A DNA stretch of 64,000 nucleotides, taken from positions 12,624 to 76,623 of the forward strand of contig JAIKWH010000023.1 of NCBI GenBank assembly GCA_024684955.1. The letters run 5' to 3'. Of this stretch, positions 19,481 through 29,360 are shown in pieces; the stretch's first letter is position 1; the number at the start of each line of letters is the position of its first letter. Both the position numbers and the translations under genes were made by a program. This stretch comes from Pseudobutyrivibrio sp. (GTDB taxonomy: Bacteria > Bacillota > Clostridia > Lachnospirales > Lachnospiraceae). The notes beneath the pieces are model-generated. The model saw only the letters and a program-made list of their open reading frames with translations. It was not told where the DNA came from and ran no database searches.

Positions 19481-20158
19481 ATGAATCTTCTGTTTTCTTC
19501 TGCAATTACTGTTTTTTTCGTAATATTTTTCTACAAGAAAGAAAGAAATTACACTTTTTCAAAGCATTCGTATTTGATGCATCAAGAATTAATAGGGGTT
19601 GCCTTTGGCTTCTGCTCAATTCTTTCCATTGAATACTGCACCATCACAAAGGATGCCATTATCAGCACCAGGGATGCTGCCCCGGTAGTGGCAGGATTAG
19701 TTTTTGGTGGCCCATCAGGAATCATTGCCGGCATTATCTCCGGCACCTATAGACTCCTCTGGCACTCTTCCATCTCTCAGGCTGGCCTTGTCTCCTCAAT
19801 GCTGGATGCCAATAGCATGGGCGGATTTGCCAGAATAGCTGGAGCCCTGGGTAGTATTTTTGCTGGTCTAATAGCCGCACTGGCAAAAAAATATCTAGTG
19901 GACGAAAAAAAGGCAAATGTATTTCTTGCCCTTTTCATCTCGTCCCTTGTTCTTATATTTGAATTAACCATGGTCTTTTATTTTAGGTCTGGCTATTCTA
20001 TAAGAACCAACGAAGTATTAGCCCAGTGTGCAGTTCCAATTTATATAGCAAACATAGTCACTGTAGGAATAGCAATGCTGGCTGCCTGGGCCCTTTCTGT
20101 AAAAAAGGCCCCTGTGGCGAATAAAACCCAAGAAAAGTTTGATTTATCCTGGTATTAG
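19481..20158 (+). CDS. Stand-alone LytS/YhcK-type 5TM receptor domain protein
   Basis: IGVAFG, STRDAAPVVAGLVFGGPSGIIAGIISGTYR, a typical 5TMR-LYT signature; no cytoplasmic output domain. Confidence 0.75.
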   Translation: MNLLFSSAITVFFVIFFYKKERNYTFSKHSYLMHQELIGVAFGFCSILSIEYCTITKDAIISTRDAAPVVAGLVFGGPSGIIAGIISGTYRLLWHSSISQAGLVSSMLDANSMGGFARIAGALGSIFAGLIAALAKKYLVDEKKANVFLALFISSLVLIFELTMVFYFRSGYSIRTNEVLAQCAVPIYIANIVTVGIAMLAAWALSVKKAPVANKTQEKFDLSWY

Positions 20159-20913
20159 TCCATATGACTTTTCCTATATTCCCTTGGATTTTGGCCTGTG
20201 TACTTTTTGAAGGTCTTTGAAAAATATTTTTCATCTTTAAACCCCACTTTAAATGCCACCTCATAGGTTTTCATATCTGTTTGAAGCAGATATGGACAGG
20301 CTCTCTCCACTCTGATTTTATTTAATTCATCGGAAAAGGAATTGCCATATTTTTTTACAAAGGCAGTGGACAGGTAAGAACTAGAAATCCCCAAGAGTTC
20401 TGCCACACCAGCCTGCCAAATGTCCTCCCTAAAATGCTCCACCAAATATTCGTGGGCCATGAGGGCAAACCTATCTCCTGAGGTTTTCTCCTCAGGAGAT
20501 TTTTTTACAATGTCCTCCTCTTTTTTAGCCCCTATACCAAAGGCCTCATTGCATATATTTTCTATTGACTCCAATATTTCTTTTGCCCTGACCGGCTTTA
20601 GCAAATATTCTTTTGCCCCCAGTTTCATAGCCTTTTGGGCATAGGAAAACTCATCATATCCGCTGAGGATTATAGTCAGTGGGTGAAGGTTTGACTGGGC
20701 CGCCTTTTTCATCACATCCAGTCCGTTCATAATAGGCATTTGAACATCAATAATTAGGACCTCAGGCTGGTTTCCTATAATTATATCCAGAGCCTGTCCC
20801 CCGTCAGCCGCCTCATATATCTTGTCAAAAATATCTGTATGCATGCTGATATATTTACTCACACCATGTCTTATGCTGTCCTCATCATCTGCGATAAGTA
20901 ATTTTAACCCCAT
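20155..20913 (-). CDS. AraC-type response regulator (YesN-like)
   Basis: IADDE, IDVQMPIMNG, SGYDEFSYA, YLLKP; C-terminal VGFKDEKYFSKTFKK HTH. Confidence 0.92.
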   Translation of the reverse strand: MGLKLLIADDEDSIRHGVSKYISMHTDIFDKIYEAADGGQALDIIIGNQPEVLIIDVQMPIMNGLDVMKKAAQSNLHPLTIILSGYDEFSYAQKAMKLGAKEYLLKPVRAKEILESIENICNEAFGIGAKKEEDIVKKSPEEKTSGDRFALMAHEYLVEHFREDIWQAGVAELLGISSSYLSTAFVKKYGNSFSDELNKIRVERACPYLLQTDMKTYEVAFKVGFKDEKYFSKTFKKYTGQNPREYRKSHMD

Positions 20914-20917
20914 AACT

Positions 20918-22585
20918 TTACTCCTCCGGTATTACTTTAGGTATTGTCAAAGTAATGATAGTACCCTCTCCCAGGTTGCTATCCACCTCAAAGACAAAAT
21001 CATCTCCATAATACATTCTCAGCCTCTCCATTATATTCCTAATGGCGAATCGGCCAATTCTCTGCTGGCGGTAATTGGCAGGATCCTTGCCCCTCTCAGA
21101 AAGAAGTTCCCGCTTGGTCTTGTTGTCCATGCCAATACCATTATCCCTAACCCTAAACAAAATATAATCTGGATTGTCAGCATCCAAAACCTGGACAGAA
21201 ACAATGCAATCCCTGTCAGCCTTTTCAAAGCCATGGACAACTGCATTCTCCACAAATGGTTCAAAAATAAGTTTTGGAATGAGAATATTTTTAATTGAAT
21301 CAGAGAGTTCTATATTGTAGCCCAGTCTCTCCCCGAATCTCATTTTTTCAATCTGCAAAAATCTGGATACAAGTTCTATCTCATCCTGGACGCTCACCAT
21401 AGAATTGCCGTTGGACAAGACATGGTTAAATAACTGGGATAGGGCATAAATATTTTCCGCCAGGTCCTCATTGTCAGCATCCATGGCCTGCCAATACAAA
21501 GAATCCAAGGTATTGAACAAAAAGTGTGGATTGATTTGGGCCTCTAGGGCCTTGAGTTCACTTTCTTTCTCGCTGATCTTTACTGCGTAGGTGATGCTGC
21601 GGCTAATAAAGAATAGGGCAAAGAATAGGGATACCAAGAGTCCCAGCAAAAGGATAAGTGGAATTACGTATATGTTTTCTATTATCTCTCGCGTGGTCAG
21701 ATTTGGCAGAATCTTGCAGACTATAGCTGAACTATTAGACCTTTGCACCAAGAGAATGTCATATCCATGGCATCTTATGAGAGAAGGTTTTTTCTTATAA
21801 GACTTCCTGAAAACATTTTTTGCATCCAGGTTATCCTTTAAATCCTCAGGAATAATTCCAGCACTGACAAGGATGTTGCCCTCATTTGTAAATACAGCAA
21901 CCCCTTCATCCTCCGAATCAACTATGTCGGCACACATTTTTTCTATCTTGGAATAGTCCACGCCAATGATGACTGCACCCTGGGTCTGACCAGTGCTCAA
22001 ATCCTTGTCCTCCCTAAATAGAACCAGTTTGTCCCTGAGATTGTATTCGAAAATATTGCTGCTGCCCCTGCCTATCTTTATCCAGGCCAAGTGATTTTTA
22101 GAATTGTGAGCCATTTTAAAATATGGGCTGGAGAGAACTATGGAGGAATCTCCTACATACACGCTGCCATCCATGCCTCTCAAATAGGGGTCCACCCCGT
22201 TGGCAGGATAAATTGCAATTGTCATAATGTAGCCCTTTACAGAAATCATATCCTGAATAATCTGCATAGGAGCCATGTCATACCAAAGTCTGGCGTTTTT
22301 ATTGAGAATCTCTGCATCCCTTTCTCCAGACATGATATATCCAATCTGATCATTGATAAGCAGATAGGTGGATATATCCTTTACCTCATTTTGGATGACA
22401 TCCAAACTCTCTGCCAAAGCTGTTGCATTAGAGAGGGCTGATATTTGCCTGTCTTTTTGCTGGCTGGAATAAATCCTGTTGCCATACATAATGGCTACGA
22501 GAATAAATACTGGAGTCAGGGTAAAATACCCCAGCAAAAATAGTCTTTTGCCAATGCTAAGTTTGTTAAATTTTTTAAAAACCAT
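20918..22585 (-). CDS. Sensor histidine kinase (YesM/LytS-type)
   Basis: Two TM helices around a Cache-like domain; ALEAQINPHFLFNTL, EPFVENAVVHG, DNGIGM. Confidence 0.92.
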   Translation of the reverse strand: MVFKKFNKLSIGKRLFLLGYFTLTPVFILVAIMYGNRIYSSQQKDRQISALSNATALAESLDVIQNEVKDISTYLLINDQIGYIMSGERDAEILNKNARLWYDMAPMQIIQDMISVKGYIMTIAIYPANGVDPYLRGMDGSVYVGDSSIVLSSPYFKMAHNSKNHLAWIKIGRGSSNIFEYNLRDKLVLFREDKDLSTGQTQGAVIIGVDYSKIEKMCADIVDSEDEGVAVFTNEGNILVSAGIIPEDLKDNLDAKNVFRKSYKKKPSLIRCHGYDILLVQRSNSSAIVCKILPNLTTREIIENIYVIPLILLLGLLVSLFFALFFISRSITYAVKISEKESELKALEAQINPHFLFNTLDSLYWQAMDADNEDLAENIYALSQLFNHVLSNGNSMVSVQDEIELVSRFLQIEKMRFGERLGYNIELSDSIKNILIPKLIFEPFVENAVVHGFEKADRDCIVSVQVLDADNPDYILFRVRDNGIGMDNKTKRELLSERGKDPANYRQQRIGRFAIRNIMERLRMYYGDDFVFEVDSNLGEGTIITLTIPKVIPEE

Positions 22586-22610
22586 TGTCCCACCAATACG
22601 AAGAACTCCC

Positions 22611-22635
22611 CACAGACAAATATATTTTGTCTGTG
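22611..22635 (-). terminator. Intergenic hairpin after the ABC permeases
   Basis: CACAGACAAA-TATAT-TTTGTCTGTG. Confidence 0.6.
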
Positions 22636-22667
22636 AGAAGTCTATATTTTATATCTTTTATAAAATT

Positions 22668-23528
22668 TTACCCTTTGACTGCTCCCAGCGCTACACCTTT
22701 TGTGATTTGCTTGTTCAAAATAATGTAGACAATAACTGCAGGGGCTGCTGTAAGTGCCATAACTGCAAACTGAGCGGCATAGTTTGATGAGTACTCACCT
22801 GTAAACTCCAATACGGAGAATGGTAAAGTCTTCCACTTGTCTGAGGAAAGATAGGTGGATGCCATCATAAATTCATTCCAGTTGTTAAGGAATGTCATGA
22901 TGGAAACTGTTGCAATTGATGGTTTCATCATAGGCATATCTATTCCAAATACAACCCTAAATATACCGCAGCCATCTATTACCGCAGCCTCCTCTAGAGA
23001 TTTTGGAATGGACTCCAAAAATCCTGTCATAAGAAAAAGGGCCTGGGGCATTGAAAATGCCACGTAAGGAATGAGCAGGGACCACATAGTGTCTGTCATA
23101 TTTATTGTTGAATAAATTTTGTAGTTCGGTAACAGTGTGGCATGAATTGGAATCATCATTCCCATTAAAAGAATCATCTTTACCAAACCTGACATTTTCC
23201 AGTGCATTCTGGTGATTGCAAAGGCAGCCATAAAGGAAACCAAAACAACTATGACTACTGCAAGTACATTTATAAGGAATGAATTCTTTAAATACCAAAG
23301 AAAGTTTCCATCTACAAAGGCCTTTACATAGTTATCAAAGCGGAATTTTTCCGGAATTATCAAAAGACCGTTTGTAAACATCTCTGTGCTGGATGCCAGA
23401 GAAAAATCCAGAAGCCAAACCAGTGGGAATATCTGAATAATCGCCACAACAATAAGGAGAATCCAGATGACTGCCCTTGAGAAAGGCGACCCATGTTTGA
23501 TGGCACTTGACTTTGCTTTTGTATGCAT
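22668..23528 (-). CDS. Carbohydrate ABC transporter permease
   Basis: EAA loop SIPKSLEEAAVIDG, FLNNWNEF, GAVKG C-terminus. Confidence 0.93.
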   Translation of the reverse strand: MHTKAKSSAIKHGSPFSRAVIWILLIVVAIIQIFPLVWLLDFSLASSTEMFTNGLLIIPEKFRFDNYVKAFVDGNFLWYLKNSFLINVLAVVIVVLVSFMAAFAITRMHWKMSGLVKMILLMGMMIPIHATLLPNYKIYSTINMTDTMWSLLIPYVAFSMPQALFLMTGFLESIPKSLEEAAVIDGCGIFRVVFGIDMPMMKPSIATVSIMTFLNNWNEFMMASTYLSSDKWKTLPFSVLEFTGEYSSNYAAQFAVMALTAAPAVIVYIILNKQITKGVALGAVKG

Positions 23529-24448
23529 TAGATTGCCTCCTTTCTCATGCTGATTTTATTTAGTTTCTTTTCCTCTTTTAAATCTCGGTCCTCAAATACC
23601 TTGTTGGTGATTACTGTGAGGACTACACAAAGGATAATGAATACTACGCCAATGGCGTTACCATAGCCATACTTGAAGGCTCTAAAGGCCTGCTGATATA
23701 AGTAATTGGCGGTGAATTGGGTGGCGTTTCCCGGTCCACCATTGGTTAGCAGATATACCGTCTCCATCTGCTTTAGGGCTGATATCAAAGCCATTGTCAC
23801 GTTGACCTGAATAACAGGCTTCATAAGAGGAAGGGTTATACCAAAAAAAGTTTGCACTGAGCCAGCCCCATCAATTGAGGCAGCCTCATAGAGAGTTGGG
23901 TCAATATTTTTGATACCAGTGTAGTAAATCAACATGCCCCATCCAAAGCCGTGCCAAATTAAAACAATAAGCACAGACCAGATGGCAATATCCTGGCCAA
24001 GCCAGTTTACCTTTCCCTCACCGCCAAAAAACTTGATTATATTGTTAAGCAATCCAAAATCTGGATTGTAGATAAATTTCCAAAGATAAGCTATTACAGC
24101 AACTGAGATTACGTTTGGAATAAAGAAAACGCATCTGAAAAAATGCTCCGCCCTGCCGCCTAAACGATCAAGTATATATGCCGTAACCATAGCGATAGGA
24201 TGCTGGATACAAATAAATCCAAGAGCCAAAAGAGCCGAATTTCGAATAGATATAAAGAAAGCCTCATCATGTATCAATTCTTTATAATTTTTCATGCCCA
24301 CAAAATCGTAGGACCCCATGCCTGTAGAGTTCGTGAAGCCATAGTAGATACTAAGTATTATTGGTGCTAAGACAGCAAATGCAAAGAGCAACAAACCTGG
24401 TCCAACCAAGACTGCTATAACTGCCTTATTAGAATACATTTTTTTCAT
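23528..24448 (-). CDS. Carbohydrate ABC transporter permease
   Basis: FVGMKNY, IDPTLYEAASIDGA, ITLPLMKP, YGYGNA; start at MKKMY behind a GAGGA RBS. Confidence 0.93.
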   Translation of the reverse strand: MKKMYSNKAVIAVLVGPGLLLFAFAVLAPIILSIYYGFTNSTGMGSYDFVGMKNYKELIHDEAFFISIRNSALLALGFICIQHPIAMVTAYILDRLGGRAEHFFRCVFFIPNVISVAVIAYLWKFIYNPDFGLLNNIIKFFGGEGKVNWLGQDIAIWSVLIVLIWHGFGWGMLIYYTGIKNIDPTLYEAASIDGAGSVQTFFGITLPLMKPVIQVNVTMALISALKQMETVYLLTNGGPGNATQFTANYLYQQAFRAFKYGYGNAIGVVFIILCVVLTVITNKVFEDRDLKEEKKLNKISMRKEAI

Positions 24449-24500
24449 GTTACTATCCTCGTACCCTGATAAAATCCTCTCCATTAAAGATAAAATAAGA

Positions 24501-24538
24501 GCTGGGAAAACTATGACTTCTCTATTTGTTTTCCCAGC
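24501..24538 (-). terminator. Intra-operon stem-loop after the binding-protein gene
   Basis: GCTGGGAAAAC/GTTTTCCCAGC, 11-bp stem. Confidence 0.65.
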
Positions 24539-24564
24539 CCGAGTATTTATATCATAAGGGAGGG

Positions 24565-25911
24565 TTATTCTATTGAAGATGCAATGTTAGATAAAAAGTC
24601 CTCTACAGTCATGCTTCCATTAGACATATTCTGGATTGATGTCTCAATGGCTGTCTTGAATGCAGATGTTCCTCTATCGTTCATTGTTGTACCTGAGAGG
24701 CCTGTTGCAGCACCTACAGCATCAACAAACTGCATCTGAAGTTCTGTCTCATTGCCAGTCATAAAGTCAGACTCATCCTGAGCAGACATACCAACGCCGT
24801 TCTCCCAACCAATCTTTGAAAGGTTTTCTGGTAAGTACATGTAATTTAAGAAATCCTTTGCCTGATCTAGATTTTCAGAACCTGCTGCAACTGCATATCC
24901 ACCGCCGTTCCATGCTGTGATATCTGTTGCTGATGTGGCGCCGCCTTCAATCTGAGGCATTGTAAACATTCTGATGTTTGTTCTAACTTCCTCTGGGATA
25001 TCCTGGTTGAGAGCCATAGATGCATCCCAGCTACCCATGTAGTACATAGCAGCCTGACCGTTTGTAAAGAGGTTCTGTGCTGTACCATAATCCTGAGTAT
25101 CAAATCCTGTTTGGAAAAGACCTGCTGCTGCAGAATCCTGGAGGAGCTGTGCAGCCTTTGTAAATGCAGGATCAGAGAAATCCCCAGTTTCAAGAGCATT
25201 TGTTACGATGTTTGCATAATCAGATCCTGTCAGTTTGTAAAGCACGTCTGTGAGATATACGGCAAGTGGCCATCCATCTCCACCGTCCATAGCAAGTGGT
25301 GTAACACCCTTTGCCTGCATATCCTTTGCAAGTGCAAGAAGATCATCATAGGTCTCAGGCACTGTCCATCCATTGTCCTCAAAAATCTTTTGGTTGTAAT
25401 AGAAAGCAGCTACGTCTGTGTTTCTTGGCAGGCCGTATAATTTTCCGTCCTTCATAAAGCCGTCAAGAGAGCCTTCAACAAAGTCATAGTCTGCATAATC
25501 TGCTGTATTAAGTTCTGCTAAAAGTCCTGCATCAAGGACTTCATCAAGGAATGATGGCTGACCCCAAATGCTGACGATGTCAGGCATCTCATCCATTGAA
25601 TAAGCCTTGAATTTTGTCTTGTATGCTTCCTCATCCAATGTCTCAACTTCGATTGTAACGTTTGGATGCTCAGCCATATAAGCATCAACAATAGTCTGCT
25701 CAACCAAGCCCTGGCCATTCTTTCTGTCAGGCAGGTTTGAGAATAACTTTAATGTAATTTCTTCCCCATCGCTTGCAGTCTCTGTTGCAGCATCCTCTGA
25801 TGAATCAGCTGCTGCAGTATCAGCGTTTGAAGCAGAACCACTTCCACATCCTGCAAATGTGGTGGCTACAAGTGCCATAGTAGCAATCATAGACACGATT
25901 TTCTTTTTCAT
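24565..25911 (-). CDS. Sugar ABC transporter substrate-binding lipoprotein
   Basis: Lipobox FAGC, DGKLYGLP, YYNQKIF, FTNGQAAMYYMGSW; start MKKKIVS behind an AGGAGG RBS. Confidence 0.92.
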   Translation of the reverse strand: MKKKIVSMIATMALVATTFAGCGSGSASNADTAAADSSEDAATETASDGEEITLKLFSNLPDRKNGQGLVEQTIVDAYMAEHPNVTIEVETLDEEAYKTKFKAYSMDEMPDIVSIWGQPSFLDEVLDAGLLAELNTADYADYDFVEGSLDGFMKDGKLYGLPRNTDVAAFYYNQKIFEDNGWTVPETYDDLLALAKDMQAKGVTPLAMDGGDGWPLAVYLTDVLYKLTGSDYANIVTNALETGDFSDPAFTKAAQLLQDSAAAGLFQTGFDTQDYGTAQNLFTNGQAAMYYMGSWDASMALNQDIPEEVRTNIRMFTMPQIEGGATSATDITAWNGGGYAVAAGSENLDQAKDFLNYMYLPENLSKIGWENGVGMSAQDESDFMTGNETELQMQFVDAVGAATGLSGTTMNDRGTSAFKTAIETSIQNMSNGSMTVEDFLSNIASSIE

Positions 25912-26110
25912 TATATAAAATCCTCCTTTTTTCCCTAAGCCTTTGCGCAAAAGCCATTTACATTTCTTGATTATTATTTTAGGTCTCTCCTTTGTCCTGC
26001 AAAAGATAGCGTAATTTAGAAAAGGTGTAAAATTTTTAACTTCTTTTTACTAAAGCCCACTTCTGCTATACTTCTAAAGACGAGAATATTAGTACAAAGG
26101 AGAGAATAAT

Positions 26111-27010
26111 ATGTCTATTACAATGATTTTACTTAAACAGATTATCACCATGTTTTTGCTGGCCGCTATAGGCTTTCTATTATATAAGGCAAGGCTTGTT
26201 ACTGACGGAGCATCAAAAGGCCTGGGCAACATCTTGATTTATACATCACTTCCTGCAGTTATCATAAAGGGATTTCTAGTGGAGAGGACTCCTGAGAGAA
26301 TGATGGGGCTTTTGATTTCGGCTATACTTGCCTTTGTAATTCTGGCCCTCTTTTCTATCATCTCAAAACTAGTATTTAGGAAAGACGGAATCGCAGTCTT
26401 TGCCTCATCTTTCTCAAACCCTGGATTTTTTGGTGTGCCGCTTATTGCTGCCTCCATCTCCGATGGAGCCATCTTTTATGTGGCAGCCTTTATCGGATTT
26501 TTAAACATGTTCCAATGGACCTACGGTGTTGCAGTTATGACTGGCAAGTCTGGCAGAATCACAGCCAAAAAGATTTTTACTGCCCCATTTTTCATTGCTA
26601 TCCTAGTAGGCCTTGTCCTATTTTTGACAGCACTACCTCTGCCTGGCATCCTTACCAATGTCATAGGCAATGTGGCTGGGCTTAACACTCCTATCTCCAT
26701 GTTTGTTGTGGGAGGATATCTGGCTCAGGTTGATTTCAAAAAAATGCTCCTCCGCAGGGAGAATTATTTGGTCAGCCTTATGAGACTGATCATTTTGCCA
26801 GTTATTGCTGCATTGCTAATGCATTTCATCCCTGATTCCTATCCAGGATTAAAGGAGGCTATATTTATTGCCAGCGCATGTCCTGTTGGTTCTAATGTGG
26901 CTGTATATGCCCAGCTCTATGGTTGCGACCACACCTATGCTGCTGAGACGGTTGTTATCTCAACCCTGCTGAGCGTAGTTACAATACCACTGTTGATTAC
27001 ACTTATTTAA
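26111..27010 (+). CDS. AEC family (auxin efflux/malate permease-like) transporter
   Basis: FSNPGFFGVPL, NTPISMFVVG, ACPVGSN, VVISTLLSVVTIP. Confidence 0.88.
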   Translation: MSITMILLKQIITMFLLAAIGFLLYKARLVTDGASKGLGNILIYTSLPAVIIKGFLVERTPERMMGLLISAILAFVILALFSIISKLVFRKDGIAVFASSFSNPGFFGVPLIAASISDGAIFYVAAFIGFLNMFQWTYGVAVMTGKSGRITAKKIFTAPFFIAILVGLVLFLTALPLPGILTNVIGNVAGLNTPISMFVVGGYLAQVDFKKMLLRRENYLVSLMRLIILPVIAALLMHFIPDSYPGLKEAIFIASACPVGSNVAVYAQLYGCDHTYAAETVVISTLLSVVTIPLLITLI

Positions 27011-27061
27011 TCACATTTGCAAAAGACTATTTTCTTGTAATGGGGAGAAGGGAGAAAAATT

Positions 27062-28537
27062 ATGAAAGCAATCTTATCATCTGCAGAAATGAAAGCCTGC
27101 GATAAAAACACAATAGAAAAACACGGGCTGTCATCAGGGCTATTAATGGAGCGGGCAGCCTGCACTGCCGCTGATTATATCAGGGAGAAATATCCTGAGG
27201 CAGACAAGTTATCAATTCTCTGCGGACCTGGCAACAACGGGGGAGACGGAGTGGCTCTGGGACGTATCCTCTTTTTGAGGGGATATGATATCAATATCCA
27301 GGTCATTGGAGATGAGGACAAATTTTCCCAGGGTCTAAAAGATGAAATACAAATTGCAAAAAGTTATGACATAAATATCACCTATGGATTTAATCCAGCC
27401 TTTTTCTACCACACAGACCTGCTGGTGGATGCCATGTTTGGCATCGGTCTATCAAGGGGTCTGACTGGAGAATTCCTTGAGGCTGCCAATTATTTAAACA
27501 AGTCTGATATCCGGGTCCTGTCCCTGGATATACCATCAGGATACTCCTCAGACAATGGCAAATGCCTAGGTCAGGCCGGGGTACAGGCTGATGATACAGT
27601 CACTTTCTCCTATATGAAAAAGGGCCTGGTGCTGGGAGAATGTAAGGAAGCCTGTGGCAATGTATTCCTATCAGATGCCGGTATATATTTGGATGATGAC
27701 AGTGATTGCGCCAAATTATTAGATGATAGCATCTTGGAAAAAATACCACAGCGGTCACTGACCTCCAACAAGGGATCAAACGGCAAAGTACTTGTCATAG
27801 CCGGCTCAAAGGGTATATACGGAGCCTGCTATCTGTCTGCCAAAGCCGCCATGGTATCAGGGGCTGGCATGGTAAAAGTCTATACCCACACTGTTAATTT
27901 GGATTCTCTTCGCCTATCTTTGCCTGAGGCAATGTACACAGGCTATGAATCCTTCGATAAAGACCAATTAACTTTTCTGCTAGACTGGGCTGATGTAGTC
28001 CTAATAGGGCCAGGCCTAGGCAGTGACCATGTATCCAGGGAAATATTACAAGCCACCCTATCTAGTGCCACCTGCCCTCTTGTCATTGATGCAGATGGAA
28101 TCAATATTTTGTCAGAGGATTTATCTCTCTTAGAAAGACATGGAAAGGATTTTCCTCTTATTCTTACTCCTCATCTAAAGGAGATGGAAAGGCTCTGTGG
28201 CAAGGCTGCCTCAGATATTAATTATTCTATGGAAGAAACTGCAAAGGAATTTGTAGACAGATATCCATGCACTCTTCTTTTAAAAAACCACACCAGCCTG
28301 ATTGCTTCAAGGGCAGGGGTATTCTACTGCACTAGCGGCAACCAAGCCCTGGCCACTGCAGGCTCTGGGGATGTATTAGCTGGTATAACCGCCAGCCTTA
28401 TGGCCCAAGGTTTAGAAACCACAGATTGTGCCTGCGCCGCTGCCTACATCCATGGCAAGGCAGGCAGTCTTGCCGCAAAAGAATTGGGGATAAAAGGAGT
28501 TTTGGCCTCTAATATTATCAGCAGGATTAAACTGTAA
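27062..28537 (+). CDS. nnr: Bifunctional NAD(P)HX epimerase/dehydratase
   Basis: LMERAA, CGPGNNGGDG, DAMFGIG, DIPSG (YjeF_N domain); NKGSNG, IGPGLG, IDADG, TPHLKE, ATAGSGDVLAG (dehydratase domain). Confidence 0.93.
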   Translation: MKAILSSAEMKACDKNTIEKHGLSSGLLMERAACTAADYIREKYPEADKLSILCGPGNNGGDGVALGRILFLRGYDINIQVIGDEDKFSQGLKDEIQIAKSYDINITYGFNPAFFYHTDLLVDAMFGIGLSRGLTGEFLEAANYLNKSDIRVLSLDIPSGYSSDNGKCLGQAGVQADDTVTFSYMKKGLVLGECKEACGNVFLSDAGIYLDDDSDCAKLLDDSILEKIPQRSLTSNKGSNGKVLVIAGSKGIYGACYLSAKAAMVSGAGMVKVYTHTVNLDSLRLSLPEAMYTGYESFDKDQLTFLLDWADVVLIGPGLGSDHVSREILQATLSSATCPLVIDADGINILSEDLSLLERHGKDFPLILTPHLKEMERLCGKAASDINYSMEETAKEFVDRYPCTLLLKNHTSLIASRAGVFYCTSGNQALATAGSGDVLAGITASLMAQGLETTDCACAAAYIHGKAGSLAAKELGIKGVLASNIISRIKL

Positions 28538-28729
28538 TTAGTTTTATCACTTAATTTTGTACCCAATTATCAGAAATCTGTGAAATATAAAATGTTTATA
28601 AAGTTTTCTGTCAATTCATTGAATTTTCCTCTCAAGAGAGCTATAAAGGAAGGGTAGTCGGGTTTATCCCATAACTTTTTTTAGAACACGAGTGAGTGTT
28701 CTCATTTGTAGAATTGGAGGAAAAGACAA

Positions 28730-29326
28730 ATGAATACTTTAAAGGTACAAAAGAGAACCAAGGACGAAAAACCAAAGAGACTCAGACGTGAAGGCTTCAT
28801 TACTGGAAACCTGTTCGGCAAAAAAATCGACGGCAGCATTATGTTAAAATTTGACCGCCAGGAAGCAGAAAAGGCCCTGAAAGGTTGTGTAAAGGGATCA
28901 CAGATTAATCTTGATTTGGAAGGCAAAAAGTATGATGTTCTCATCAAAGAAATTGGCTATGACGCAATCAAGAGACAGACACTAGAAATTGATTTCCAGG
29001 CTTTGGTAAGCACTGAGAAATCACGTACCACCGCAGAAATTATTCTCACAAACAAGGATAAAATTAAGGCTGGTGTATTAGATCAAAGTCTTAGCGAGAT
29101 CAGTTACACTGCATTGCCTAAAGATATGGTAGACAAGGTTGAATATGATGTCAGCACAATGCAGCCTGGAGATGAAATAAAAGTTTCTGACCTGTCAATC
29201 GCCAGCAACAAAAAGATTTCTCTTCAGACTTCTCTTGATACTGTGGTTGCTACACTGTTTGTACCACATGCTTCTGCAACTACCGAAACAGAAACTGAAG
29301 AAACCGCTGAAACAAGCGAAGAATAA
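28730..29326 (+). CDS. rplY: Ribosomal protein bL25/Ctc
   Basis: KRLRREGFITGNLFG, VLIKEIGYD...EIDFQ, C-terminal Ctc domain (ALPKDM, GDEIKVSDL) and an acidic tail. Confidence 0.85.
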   Translation: MNTLKVQKRTKDEKPKRLRREGFITGNLFGKKIDGSIMLKFDRQEAEKALKGCVKGSQINLDLEGKKYDVLIKEIGYDAIKRQTLEIDFQALVSTEKSRTTAEIILTNKDKIKAGVLDQSLSEISYTALPKDMVDKVEYDVSTMQPGDEIKVSDLSIASNKKISLQTSLDTVVATLFVPHASATTETETEETAETSEE

Positions 29327-29330
29327 AAAC

Positions 29331-29358
29331 AAGGGCGCATCCAAGGATGCGCCTTTTT
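29331..29358. terminator. Terminator between rplY and the convergent response regulator
   Basis: GGCGCATCC-AA-GGATGCGCC followed by TTTTT. Confidence 0.8.
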
Positions 29359-29360
29359 AT

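Noticed and set aside
28630-28729. Structured leader RNA before rplY (AGAACAC/GTGTTCT hairpin)
   Set aside because: It is only a 7-bp stem, and I cannot match it to a known RNA family by eye.
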